DNA of 64,000 nucleotides, from NCBI GenBank assembly GCA_020184695.1, contig JAANOX010000117.1, forward strand, positions 186,001 through 250,000, read 5' to 3'. How positions within the stretch are numbered: position 1 is the stretch's first letter; every line of letters starts with the position of its first letter. Both the position numbers and the translations under genes were made by a program. Source of the stretch: Histomonas meleagridis 2922-C6/04-290x. Its lineage: Eukaryota; Protista; Parabasalia. Shown in pieces: positions 46,173-56,136 of this stretch. The notes beneath the pieces were generated by a model, which saw only the letters and a list, made by a program, of their open reading frames with translations, was not told the DNA's origin and did not search any database.

Positions 46173-49023
46173 ATGGGAGGAAGTCATAGTCATATAAAAC
46201 CATCAACCAAACTTAGGGACAATCTTCGCATATTGCAGTGCGTAGAGCAAATTGTTTTTAATTTAAATGAGAGGAATATTGGTGAATCTGTTGAGTCTTC
46301 ATTAAATTATTTTACAAATTTACTTCCTTATTCATATAATTTAGTTATTTGCAGGATTGTTTATTCATTTTTTGTATCAAATAATCTTTATAAATTATGT
46401 TTCAACTACTTAAAAGAGCTTGAATTAAAAGAAAAGGAAATTGGGATTAATACACAGAACAAAGTTATCAGCATTTTTACGCAATTTCTCTTAAATATTC
46501 AAACGCAAGAATCAAATTATCTTATTGAGAAAATGATAAAAAACAAAATGATTGATCCGATAATTTTAAAAAACAAGAAATCATTATATTTTGCACATTA
46601 TATTTGAAGTGAAGAACTTAAAAATTTTGAAGAAGATCAATTTGGTAGAGAATTTTTCGAACATCTTGAAATGCTCCAAGATAATGATTGGGAACTTCAT
46701 AAGAAATATATTGAAGATGGCGTTAATCCGAATGAAATTGCACAAATAATTCGTAATGATGACATTGAAAGGCTTCAAGAAATAACATCGCAAACGAATT
46801 TTGATTAACCAAACGATTGAGCCATCACTTTATGAAAGATGTTCATTTATTAATCAAGAAAATGTATCATTGATTGATTATGCAGCATTTTTTGGAGCGA
46901 TTAAATGTTTTCGATTTTTAATATCAAATAATTTTACACTAACAAACACTGGCAAATATGCAGCTGCAGGTGGGAATGAAGAAATCATTCATTTATGTGA
47001 ACAAAATCATTCATCATTTGAAGGTGCATGTGAAGCAGCAATTATGTTTCATCGAAACGATATCTTTAAATATATTTATGAAAAGAAATTAGAAATGTAT
47101 ATATTAGAAGAATTAGGGGAAACATGTGTTGAATATAATAACTATGAAATTCTTTTAATCCTTGATAAAGATGGAATGAAAGTCAATGATTCCCTTATTT
47201 TCAAATCAATTTCATCTGGTAACATATTTATTGTACAATATCTTCTTGAAAAAAATCGTGAAATTAAGGGATATGTTATTTTAAAAGTTTCTACTGTTTT
47301 TTGGAACAAAGAACTTCTTAATTACATAACACATTATAAATTTTATGATACAAAAATTAAAACTGTTTTTGATTTTCATTTAATATTTCTTCAAATAATT
47401 AAATGTTTTTAAATGTTAGTTGCAATTTATTATTTTTATTTGAAAATTTATTTATATATGCAGCTATGAATGGATCTTTAGAAATAATTAAATTGCTTCT
47501 TGAACAAAAAGGATTTAATATTAATACAAAAAAAGTTTATTTACTTAATATATAATTAATTTCTTTGTTTTTTTATTTCAAAATAATATTTAAAAATTAT
47601 TTAAATTATTTCAAACACCACTTATTGATGCATCTCAAAATGGACATACAGAAATAGTTAAATTACTTCTTGAACAAGAAGGAATTGACATCAATGCTAA
47701 AAGTATTTATTTGTTTTATTTAATATTTATTTTAATAATTTTGGAATATTTCAAAATAATATTTGAAACTGCGATTATGAAAGCAGCTGAAAATGGTCAC
47801 ATAGAAATAGTTAAATTGCTTCTTGAGCAAGAAGGAATTGATCTTAATATTAAAGATATTTATTTATTTTAAATAAATATTATTTTCATAATTTAAAATT
47901 TAAATATAATAATTGGAAATTATTTGAATTATTTAAAACTGTACTATTAAGAGAATCTGAAAAGGGTAATATCGAATTAGTTAAACTATTTCTTCAACAA
48001 AAAGGAATTGATCTCGATGTTAAAGACGCTTTCTATTTCAATTTAAAGTTTCTTTAAATGGTTTAAGAACTCAAAGCAATATTTGGAAATTATTTTGAAT
48101 ATTTGATACTATTCTTTCATCTGAATCAGGAAAAGGAAATATAGAAATAGTGAAATTGATTATAGAAATGAAAGATAATAATAATAAATCAAAAAGAATT
48201 TTTTTATTTTATTTGATCTTTATTTTGTTAATTTTATTTTTCTATATAATATTTGGAAATTATTATAATTATTTTTAGGACTAATTAGAGCATCCTCGTG
48301 CAATCACATTGATATTGTAAAATTGTTTCTTGAACAAAAAGAAACCGATATTAATGCTGAAGATGTTTATATATCAGAACTAAAATTTATTTCAATTGTT
48401 TTCTGTTTTAATTTAATATTCGGGTGTTATTTAAATTGTTTTGGTCAGCACTTATGAGTGCATCTTTTGGTGGTAGAGTAGATATCGTTAAATTGCTTCT
48501 TAAGCGAAAAGATATTAATGTTAATGCTCGGAATATTTTAATATATTGTTTAGAATTTTTATTGATAGTTTTTTATTTCATAAAATATTATGGTGATTAA
48601 ATAATTTATTTGAAACAGCACTTATATATGCAACTGATAGGAATCAGATAGATATAGTTAAATTACTTCTTGAGCGAAAAGATATTGATGTTAATGCTAT
48701 AAATATTTATTCGTTTTGTTTAATGTTCATTTTAATAATTTAATATTTCAAAATAATGTTTGGAATTTTTTTGAAATATTTCAAACAGCACTTATAGAAG
48801 CATCTAAAAGCAATCACATAGAAATAGTTAAATTACTTCTTGAACATAAAGGGATTGATATTAATGTTATAGATGATTATTTATCAGAATTATTATTTAT
48901 TCCAATTGTTTAATATTTAAAAATTATATTTGGAAATTATATTAATTAATTAATACAGCACTTGATTTCGCAATGAAATATCGTAACAATGAAATAGTTG
49001 ATTTACTTAAAAAGTTTTCATAG
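46173..49023 (+). CDS. DUF3447-type ankyrin-repeat protein with ten insert clusters; N-terminal half has a TGA (46605-46607) and a frameshift (about 46805)
   Basis: Family motif YERCSFIN..LIDYAAFFGAIKCF. Ten open repeat segments (87-90 nt, plus a shorter last one) are separated by nine 80-nt gaps and one 63-nt gap. It ends in a capping repeat TALDFAMKYRNNEIVDLLKKFS*. Confidence 0.75.
47365..48954 (+). other. Clusters of 17-nt inserts separated by single codons (array B, 39 inserts)
   Basis: Gap starts at 47365, 47535, 47705, 47858, 48028, 48198, 48365, 48535, 48705, 48875. The codons at gap positions 18-20, 38-40, 58-60 and 78-80 read NNAE, IFKQ, (NWNE, 3 inserts), KKGK, KKGD, DYGL, KSGW, RFGE, NNGQ, INGN. 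Confidence 0.88.
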
Positions 49024-49474
49024 TTTTCAAAATTAATAATATACCAACTGATTTTGTAAATATTTAATTTACAATAATAATCATTAGATCAACACAATTC
49101 AACAATGAAGTCAAAGTGCTCATACGCACCTCCGTGTTGGTTTTTTGAAATTCAAATTTTGATTATTTCACATGAATAAAGATTATAATCAAAATTAATG
49201 AATAAAGTAATCATGAAAACCATATCGTTAAAATCATAATTGAGGTATTACCCAAAGGCATTTTACATTATTAACAAATTTAAATTCCGAATTAGTTAAC
49301 ATATAGTTGAATTTCATCATTTGATTTTTGTTCAAAAATAAATATTAAAATACGACTGAATATTATATAATTATTGATCGAATTTCTTCTCAATTAGTGT
49401 ACAAACATTTTTACATTCACAAAATGTTTATAAAGAATTTTAAAATGATTTTATTAAAATTATTTAAATAAAGT

Positions 49475-52400
49475 TTATTCCTTATTTTCATCAATTATTT
49501 CATTATTTTCGACAACATCATTTCCATTTTCATCAATTATTTCATTATTTTCGACAACATCATTTCCATTTTCATCAATTATTTTCTCATTATTTTCGAC
49601 AACATCATTTCCATTTTCATCAAATATTTCGACGCATTCTATAACTTCTACTTCTTTAATTGAAGGTGCGAAGTCATATTCGAATTTGTTACCGAAGTTA
49701 TCTTTTTCGATATCATTATTTACTTCTTTTTCGAATTTCATTGTCTTCATATTCATAGTATGTAAAGTCTTAGCAGCAGCGAATGTATTATTCCATTTAG
49801 AGAAAGGGTTTATAGTTACCTTTGATATCAATAACATATTATGTGATACTGAAGGACATGTGACAAACATTCTATCGAACAACCAAAATGGCAAAAACTC
49901 GGAAACCTTTGTTAATTTTGTTACATTCCTATAATTATTAAACTTAAAGAATTCTTTTTTGTTGACGTTATTTACGTAAATATTTTCGAGTTCTTTTTGA
50001 TCGTCACCGTTATTCAATTGAATATTTTGATCTTTTTGTTTGACGGCCGTTAAGAACGAATGTATTGAAAACGAATTTTCAGGACGATGATCGTCATAAG
50101 TGGCAAAGTTAAACAATTCAGAAAATATATTAATTTCGAATTCATTAAATTTCAACATTTTTGTCGCGAATTCATAAATATATGAAGAATTATCTTTTGG
50201 TGTTACTTGAATTTTCGTCAAAATTGATATAATAATTTTTGCTTCTTCATTATTGATTTTATTTAACATATATTTAATGAATTCATTCTCATCCATTTTA
50301 TCAAGTATTTGTGGATCTTCGAAATTTTGTAACAAAATAGTTAATAATTTACGTGAATTACTTAAGTCATGGAAAATATATTTCATTGTAACTATTAATA
50401 AACAATTTATTGGTATTGAATTTGATGAATTTAATAAAAAGTTTAAGTTATTTGATATAATTGCTTTTAATATTATATCATAAATAATTCGATATGAATC
50501 GATTTTAAATGTATATTTCGATATAATCAAATAAAAGTCATTTAAATTTTTCGATTCTTTTAACATTTCGCAGATATAACTCTTCGATAATAAAGTGTTT
50601 AATAAAGTAAATGAACTCATTGATATGTTTTGTTCTTTATAATATATACATTTTAATGTTAATTCGATTAATTCGATTGGTGGATTTTCGATTCTTTTAA
50701 TGATTTCATTTAATGTTAATAAACTTTCGGAGATATAAATATAACTATTCTTTATAGGCTCTGGTATCTCAGAGAATGTAACAGTTTCATTACGTTCATA
50801 TATACCTTTCGATACATCAATTATCGAGTTCATAATCGTCCATATAATATCTTCATTAATTGGGGTTAATATATATGAGAAATATTTCATTGCAATTGAT
50901 GATATATCTGTAAGTCCACACATCGTAGCCCATGATAATAATTGGAATCCGAATTCTTCTTTTTGTTTATGATTAAATGAATTAATGAAACTAATTAATC
51001 GTTCTTTATCAATACCTATTTGAAATGGTGGAAATATTTTTATTAATATATTATCAATATCTTTAAAATAATTTTTCATTGCTAAACAAAATTGTAATAT
51101 ATAATGATAATTATTAACAAATATTGTTAAGTTATTATTTAAATTCTCTCCAATTATCGTCAAGATAAATAAGATAATATTTGTATACTTTTCATTCATT
51201 GTTAAGATATCTAATGATAATCGTGATGAATATTTACTACGTCGTGTAGATTTACGTCGACCTGTATTAGATATATGACTATTATGATTATGATTACCAG
51301 GCGTATAAATAGTTGTACTTCGTTGACTACTTTCTTTAGATAAATGTTGATTACTTTCTTTACCTAAATTATTATGATAATATAACCATGAAGAAAATCG
51401 TAAATATTTTAATAAGATATCAATTGTATCATCGGTTTGTGATGATAATAAATAATTTATAATGTTTTTCCCGGAACGATGTGCGGATAAATGAAAGATA
51501 CAATTATTAACAAATAATTGTAATATGTTTTTCTTTTTATTAGTTTTCATATAATTCTCAAATATGCGATCAATGACTGGATAAGGATTCCTTAACTTAC
51601 AAACATTTTCAACAAATGAATAAGTATCTAAAAATGTATAAAATTGCCATGAAGTTCTTCGTAATACACAAGGAGAACTTTCTGTAAAATCTAATGAATT
51701 AATCCATGGCACTATAAAATGTACTTTATTTTTAAAGTTATTTGGTTCATTTTCGATTAATTTAAACATTGTATTTACAAATTGTTCACTACAAAAACTA
51801 TGTGTTTGACTTAATACTAATGATAAATTAATTAATATTTTATCAAATAATTCCGAAAATTCTTGATTTTTAATCAATAAAACTTTATCAAATTCTTGTG
51901 ATAATTTTAATATTGTGTTTTCATAACTTTCATATTTCTTGATTAATAAAGATGAATAACAAATGTTTTGTAAAAATGAAAATGTTCCAATGATATTATA
52001 ACCATTCGACATATAATATAATGATAATGCTATAAATGTACCTGTTTGTAAAAAGAAACTTTTAGTAAATTGATCATGAATATTACAATTTGATTGATAA
52101 TCATTTTCTTTAAGATTTTGATAAAAATCATTTAATGTATTAATTTGTATGAATTGTTCAGTAATTGCATTAAAATATATTAAATTATCTTTGATTGATT
52201 CATTAATAAATTTCTCTAAAAGTGTAGAATAACATCGATATAATATACAATATAATGATAATGATGAAATATTCATTGTTAAGAATTTATCAATTAATTG
52301 TTTATCAGTAGGTTCTGTTATTAATAATAAATAACCTAATAATTCTTTCGATGATTTAATGATAGTAAATTCTTTATCAATAAATGAAAACCATTTATCT

Positions 52401-55375
52401 TTTTGGAAATATTTAATGTTCTCTAAAATAAATAAATGTTTTCGTAAATATGGTCCAACAGGTAATGAATTATTTTGTTCAAATAATATTTGTAAGAATT
52501 TAATCGATATATTAATTAAATTCTTTTTAGCTAATTGATATATAGTTGAATCATCATTACTTTGATCAAATTTTAAGATTAAATCATTTATAAACTTCCA
52601 AAAGATTTGGAATGTATCTGATAAATAATTATTCTTTTCAAATTCATTATTAAAAATAATATTTCGAATTCCAACTAATAAAGATAATGAAATATAAATT
52701 GATTGTAAATCAAAATGTTCAATAATTTTAATTAATAATTCTTGAGGAAATGTAAAGAATAATGCTTCAAATGTACTATTTAAATGTATATCATTATCTT
52801 TCTTTAATAACTCAATGATATTTGTTGTATATTGATTACAAAGTGATAAATCTAAATTAAATAATGATATTATTGAAGAATTAAAGACAAAAATCATTAA
52901 ATTAGAATAAAATAATGAATCAATTAATATTTGTGACATTTTTCGTATGTTTAAAACATTTTGTAATATTTCTTTAAGTTCATTAATACCTAATTCATTA
53001 ATTCGGTCATTATTTTTAAGTTGTAAAGCAAATGTCGAAATATAAAATTGATAAAACCCATTAACATTAGAACTTCCAATTTCTTCAAATGTAATTAATT
53101 GACATTGTTCAATTAATTTATTTGATTGTGAATATTCTTTTAACATATTATTCTTTGCAGTTTCTGAAATTATTTTTTCATTTTGTTCCATAAATGTTTT
53201 TAATGAATAATTCGATTTCGGTATAACTAAATCTAATTGTTTAATAATAGAAAACGCTAATATTCGTACTTGATAATAAGAACAACATAATGATATTATT
53301 AATATCGCTTGAATTTGATTTCGTTGTTTTTCATCTAATTTACGCCCTAATGAAATTGATATTTCGATTTGTTGTTGAATGAAAAATAAGTTTCGCATTA
53401 AATTCGGTATACATAAACCATTAACTTCATTAATGTTTTGATATATTAAATCAGTAATTAGTTTCCCATTATTTTCATTTTGATAATGTATTAACTCTAA
53501 AATTCGTGATGCAAATGCTGATGAATAAATATCAGTTGAATTAATTGTCTTAACTAAATATTGTAAAATTATATCATTAACTTCAATAAATGGAATAATT
53601 TCCATTGCATATATTGATACAATTTTGTTCATTTTTGATGGAATCTCAAATTTAATTTGATTCTCATATTTTGTTAAATGAAATTCATCATTTTCAATTT
53701 CTAATTTCTTTATCCATTTCCTAAATAAATTTGTCATTATCTTCGGATTTAATATTGGTGGTTTAATAGGTTTCGTTAATTCTAAATTGTCATTAAACAA
53801 TAAAAAAATATCATTTCGACAAATATTTAATGATTGTAATGTTGTCGATACTTTTAATATTGTTAAATCATTTGTGTTATTAGTGGTTTTTGCAGTTTCT
53901 TTAATGATTGGCATGATAATTTCTTGCGCAAAGTCAATAATATTCTCTTTAAATGAGATATCTTGTGGATAACCACTTCGCGACGATAACATGATTTTAA
54001 TTGATGATAAAATTGCACTAAAATTATTCTCTTTAAATTGTTGGTCTTGAAGCTTAGGCAAAAGATGTTGTGAAAAACTAATGTTTTGATTGACGGAATA
54101 TTGTAATAAAAAATCAGATAATTCTTTTTGACATTTATCGAAAAAATGTGGTGGTGCATGAAATACAGAAGTATCAATGAACTTCTTTACATCTTCATTA
54201 TATAAATTTGGATCGGTTTTCCACTTATAATTATCGCCGGTTAATTTTAATAATGTGGTATGTTGATAATTCTTACCTCGCAACAAGACAATTAATGACT
54301 GTAATAAACATTTAGCGTAATCTGGCTTTTCTTTAAGTTTTTCGAAATAAGTTTTTATGAATTTACTAACAGGTACTTTAGTGTTTTTTTGTAATTTTAA
54401 GGCATATTCGAAGGTATGCAATGGATAACAAAAGCCATTATATCCTTTTTTCTTGAGAAATGCTTTTGTATATTCACGAATATTTTCAAGATCTTCATTA
54501 GGTTTGAAATTCTTATCTAGAATTGAAAGGTTTCCTATCCAGTTATATAGGAAATGGGTCGAAGCTTGATGGAAATAAGGATCATCAAGAAAAGACCTTT
54601 TCTTGGCGGTTTTAGCAATTTTGTTGATAACTTTTTTAACTTCATTAAAATCAGAGAAATTCGTGGGAAAATTAAGTTCAGAAAACATAAGCAAGAACCT
54701 TTCAAGACGCAATGGATGAATTTTTTCTTTGGTAAGTTCATATTGAATATTTGGATAAAATGTGTATTTTTCAATATCGATTTTTTTAGTAAGTTGGCAA
54801 ATGGTAGAGGAAACGTATTCTGCTGGTTTTAAATAAGCAATATCAAAAAAGTCAGAAACGTTTTTAGATAGTATATTAAACTTTTTTGTAAAGATTTCAT
54901 CAAGATATTTCTTATTGAAGTCTGCTTGCTCTATAATGAGTTTGAAATATATGGATGATATCATTAAATTCAATGAAAGAGCACATAATCGATTTTTTTG
55001 ATTTGTCATATCAACATTATTTAAGAGATCTGTATAATATGTAATACCATTTGTTCCTTTTTTCGGTACTACATTTTCTTCTGTGTTAATTTCTGGAAGA
55101 TTTGAAATAAAATTGTCATAACTTCGAGGTGGGTTGTTTTGACTTAATATAATACATGGAAAGACCTGCTGTATTAAAGAATGATCTGATGACCAAAAAT
55201 TTTCGAGAGATTCTTGAATTTCAATCAAATTTGATAAAACCGAAGAATCTTTGTTTGTAATATATTTTGGTTCAGGCACGACTTTAATGAGCTCCTCAAA
55301 GACGGAACATACATTTCGACTGAAAGATGATTTGTTGAGTATTAATGATTCTATATTTTTATTCTTTTCTTGCAT
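49475..55375 (-). CDS. Large ARM/HEAT-like protein, Furry/Tao3 (MOR2-PAG1)-like
   Basis: 1966-aa ORF. FIVPWINSLDF and LLSWATMCGLTDISSIAMKYFSYIL resemble conserved Furry/Tao3 segments. Assignment is from remembered motifs and no search was run. Confidence 0.55.
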   Translation of the reverse strand: MQEKNKNIESLILNKSSFSRNVCSVFEELIKVVPEPKYITNKDSSVLSNLIEIQESLENFWSSDHSLIQQVFPCIILSQNNPPRSYDNFISNLPEINTEENVVPKKGTNGITYYTDLLNNVDMTNQKNRLCALSLNLMISSIYFKLIIEQADFNKKYLDEIFTKKFNILSKNVSDFFDIAYLKPAEYVSSTICQLTKKIDIEKYTFYPNIQYELTKEKIHPLRLERFLLMFSELNFPTNFSDFNEVKKVINKIAKTAKKRSFLDDPYFHQASTHFLYNWIGNLSILDKNFKPNEDLENIREYTKAFLKKKGYNGFCYPLHTFEYALKLQKNTKVPVSKFIKTYFEKLKEKPDYAKCLLQSLIVLLRGKNYQHTTLLKLTGDNYKWKTDPNLYNEDVKKFIDTSVFHAPPHFFDKCQKELSDFLLQYSVNQNISFSQHLLPKLQDQQFKENNFSAILSSIKIMLSSRSGYPQDISFKENIIDFAQEIIMPIIKETAKTTNNTNDLTILKVSTTLQSLNICRNDIFLLFNDNLELTKPIKPPILNPKIMTNLFRKWIKKLEIENDEFHLTKYENQIKFEIPSKMNKIVSIYAMEIIPFIEVNDIILQYLVKTINSTDIYSSAFASRILELIHYQNENNGKLITDLIYQNINEVNGLCIPNLMRNLFFIQQQIEISISLGRKLDEKQRNQIQAILIISLCCSYYQVRILAFSIIKQLDLVIPKSNYSLKTFMEQNEKIISETAKNNMLKEYSQSNKLIEQCQLITFEEIGSSNVNGFYQFYISTFALQLKNNDRINELGINELKEILQNVLNIRKMSQILIDSLFYSNLMIFVFNSSIISLFNLDLSLCNQYTTNIIELLKKDNDIHLNSTFEALFFTFPQELLIKIIEHFDLQSIYISLSLLVGIRNIIFNNEFEKNNYLSDTFQIFWKFINDLILKFDQSNDDSTIYQLAKKNLINISIKFLQILFEQNNSLPVGPYLRKHLFILENIKYFQKDKWFSFIDKEFTIIKSSKELLGYLLLITEPTDKQLIDKFLTMNISSLSLYCILYRCYSTLLEKFINESIKDNLIYFNAITEQFIQINTLNDFYQNLKENDYQSNCNIHDQFTKSFFLQTGTFIALSLYYMSNGYNIIGTFSFLQNICYSSLLIKKYESYENTILKLSQEFDKVLLIKNQEFSELFDKILINLSLVLSQTHSFCSEQFVNTMFKLIENEPNNFKNKVHFIVPWINSLDFTESSPCVLRRTSWQFYTFLDTYSFVENVCKLRNPYPVIDRIFENYMKTNKKKNILQLFVNNCIFHLSAHRSGKNIINYLLSSQTDDTIDILLKYLRFSSWLYYHNNLGKESNQHLSKESSQRSTTIYTPGNHNHNSHISNTGRRKSTRRSKYSSRLSLDILTMNEKYTNIILFILTIIGENLNNNLTIFVNNYHYILQFCLAMKNYFKDIDNILIKIFPPFQIGIDKERLISFINSFNHKQKEEFGFQLLSWATMCGLTDISSIAMKYFSYILTPINEDIIWTIMNSIIDVSKGIYERNETVTFSEIPEPIKNSYIYISESLLTLNEIIKRIENPPIELIELTLKCIYYKEQNISMSSFTLLNTLLSKSYICEMLKESKNLNDFYLIISKYTFKIDSYRIIYDIILKAIISNNLNFLLNSSNSIPINCLLIVTMKYIFHDLSNSRKLLTILLQNFEDPQILDKMDENEFIKYMLNKINNEEAKIIISILTKIQVTPKDNSSYIYEFATKMLKFNEFEINIFSELFNFATYDDHRPENSFSIHSFLTAVKQKDQNIQLNNGDDQKELENIYVNNVNKKEFFKFNNYRNVTKLTKVSEFLPFWLFDRMFVTCPSVSHNMLLISKVTINPFSKWNNTFAAAKTLHTMNMKTMKFEKEVNNDIEKDNFGNKFEYDFAPSIKEVEVIECVEIFDENGNDVVENNEKIIDENGNDVVENNEIIDENGNDVVENNEIIDENKE
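49485..49630 (-). repeat. Coding tandem repeat, about 42-bp unit (IIDENGNDVVENNE) x3-4
   Basis: Directly visible repeats at the C-terminus of the 1966-aa ORF. Confidence 0.9.
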
Positions 55376-56136
55376 CTGAATAAAATTGCGACAATGTTAA
55401 AAAATTGCCGCCCACTCTTGAATCATATTAAAAAGTTTATTCTCTCAATTTGAACTTACCTTATATTGAAATTTTGGTGTTTTTTAAAAGAATTTTTGAG
55501 GTTAACCTTCAAAAAAATAATGCCAAAAAACCGCTTCATCACAAGCCCCTCATTCATGCGTGATATCTCCAGAATCATTATAAAAAATCAAATTTATTTC
55601 ATGGAGCAAATCAAATATATCAAAAGGAAATCATGTATTTAAAAAATTTTTTTATTTCACTAAACCTGAACAACCGTTTGCTTTCGATGTTTGACTAAGA
55701 CACAAATTATTTTATTACAACATTTAACATCTATAAATAAAATTTTTTATTAATAATAAAATAATTTATTCTTTTAACAAAAAAGTATATAAAACTTTTT
55801 AGAAAAAGTTTAAAAGTTTATTTAATATCATATTTTGTAGAAATATTAAATTTCACTATTTAAAGTGACCACCAAGAAAATTATGTTAACACCAAAAAAA
55901 TCGAAATAGAAACCTAAAATCAATGAAATATTATGTTAACGTTATTTTCAATATATTTACATCATGATATTGGTTTCACAGGATCTTGTGTTGACACTTT
56001 TTATTTTTGATCGTAATTAAATGGCACTTTAAATTATTCTTTTTTTAAATAAATAAATAAAACATTTGGTAAAATATTTTTTATTATATTTTTAAAAAAT
56101 TGTTTGACAGATTTTCTTTGCAATTCCGAAGTCCCT

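Noticed and set aside
18858-46607. Stop-codon reassignment or readthrough to explain in-frame TAA/TGA in ankyrin genes (18858, 36250, 46605)
   Set aside because: Housekeeping genes here end normally in TAA or TGA and have no internal stops. Isolated nonsense mutations in a multicopy family are sufficient.
47365-48954. A single 68-nt intron per gap, or excision between ATTTATTTG direct repeats
   Set aside because: There is no consistent GT/AG pair. The direct repeats seen in the gap at 33296 are 69 nt apart, which does not restore frame. A single contiguous deletion does not recover the conserved Gly.
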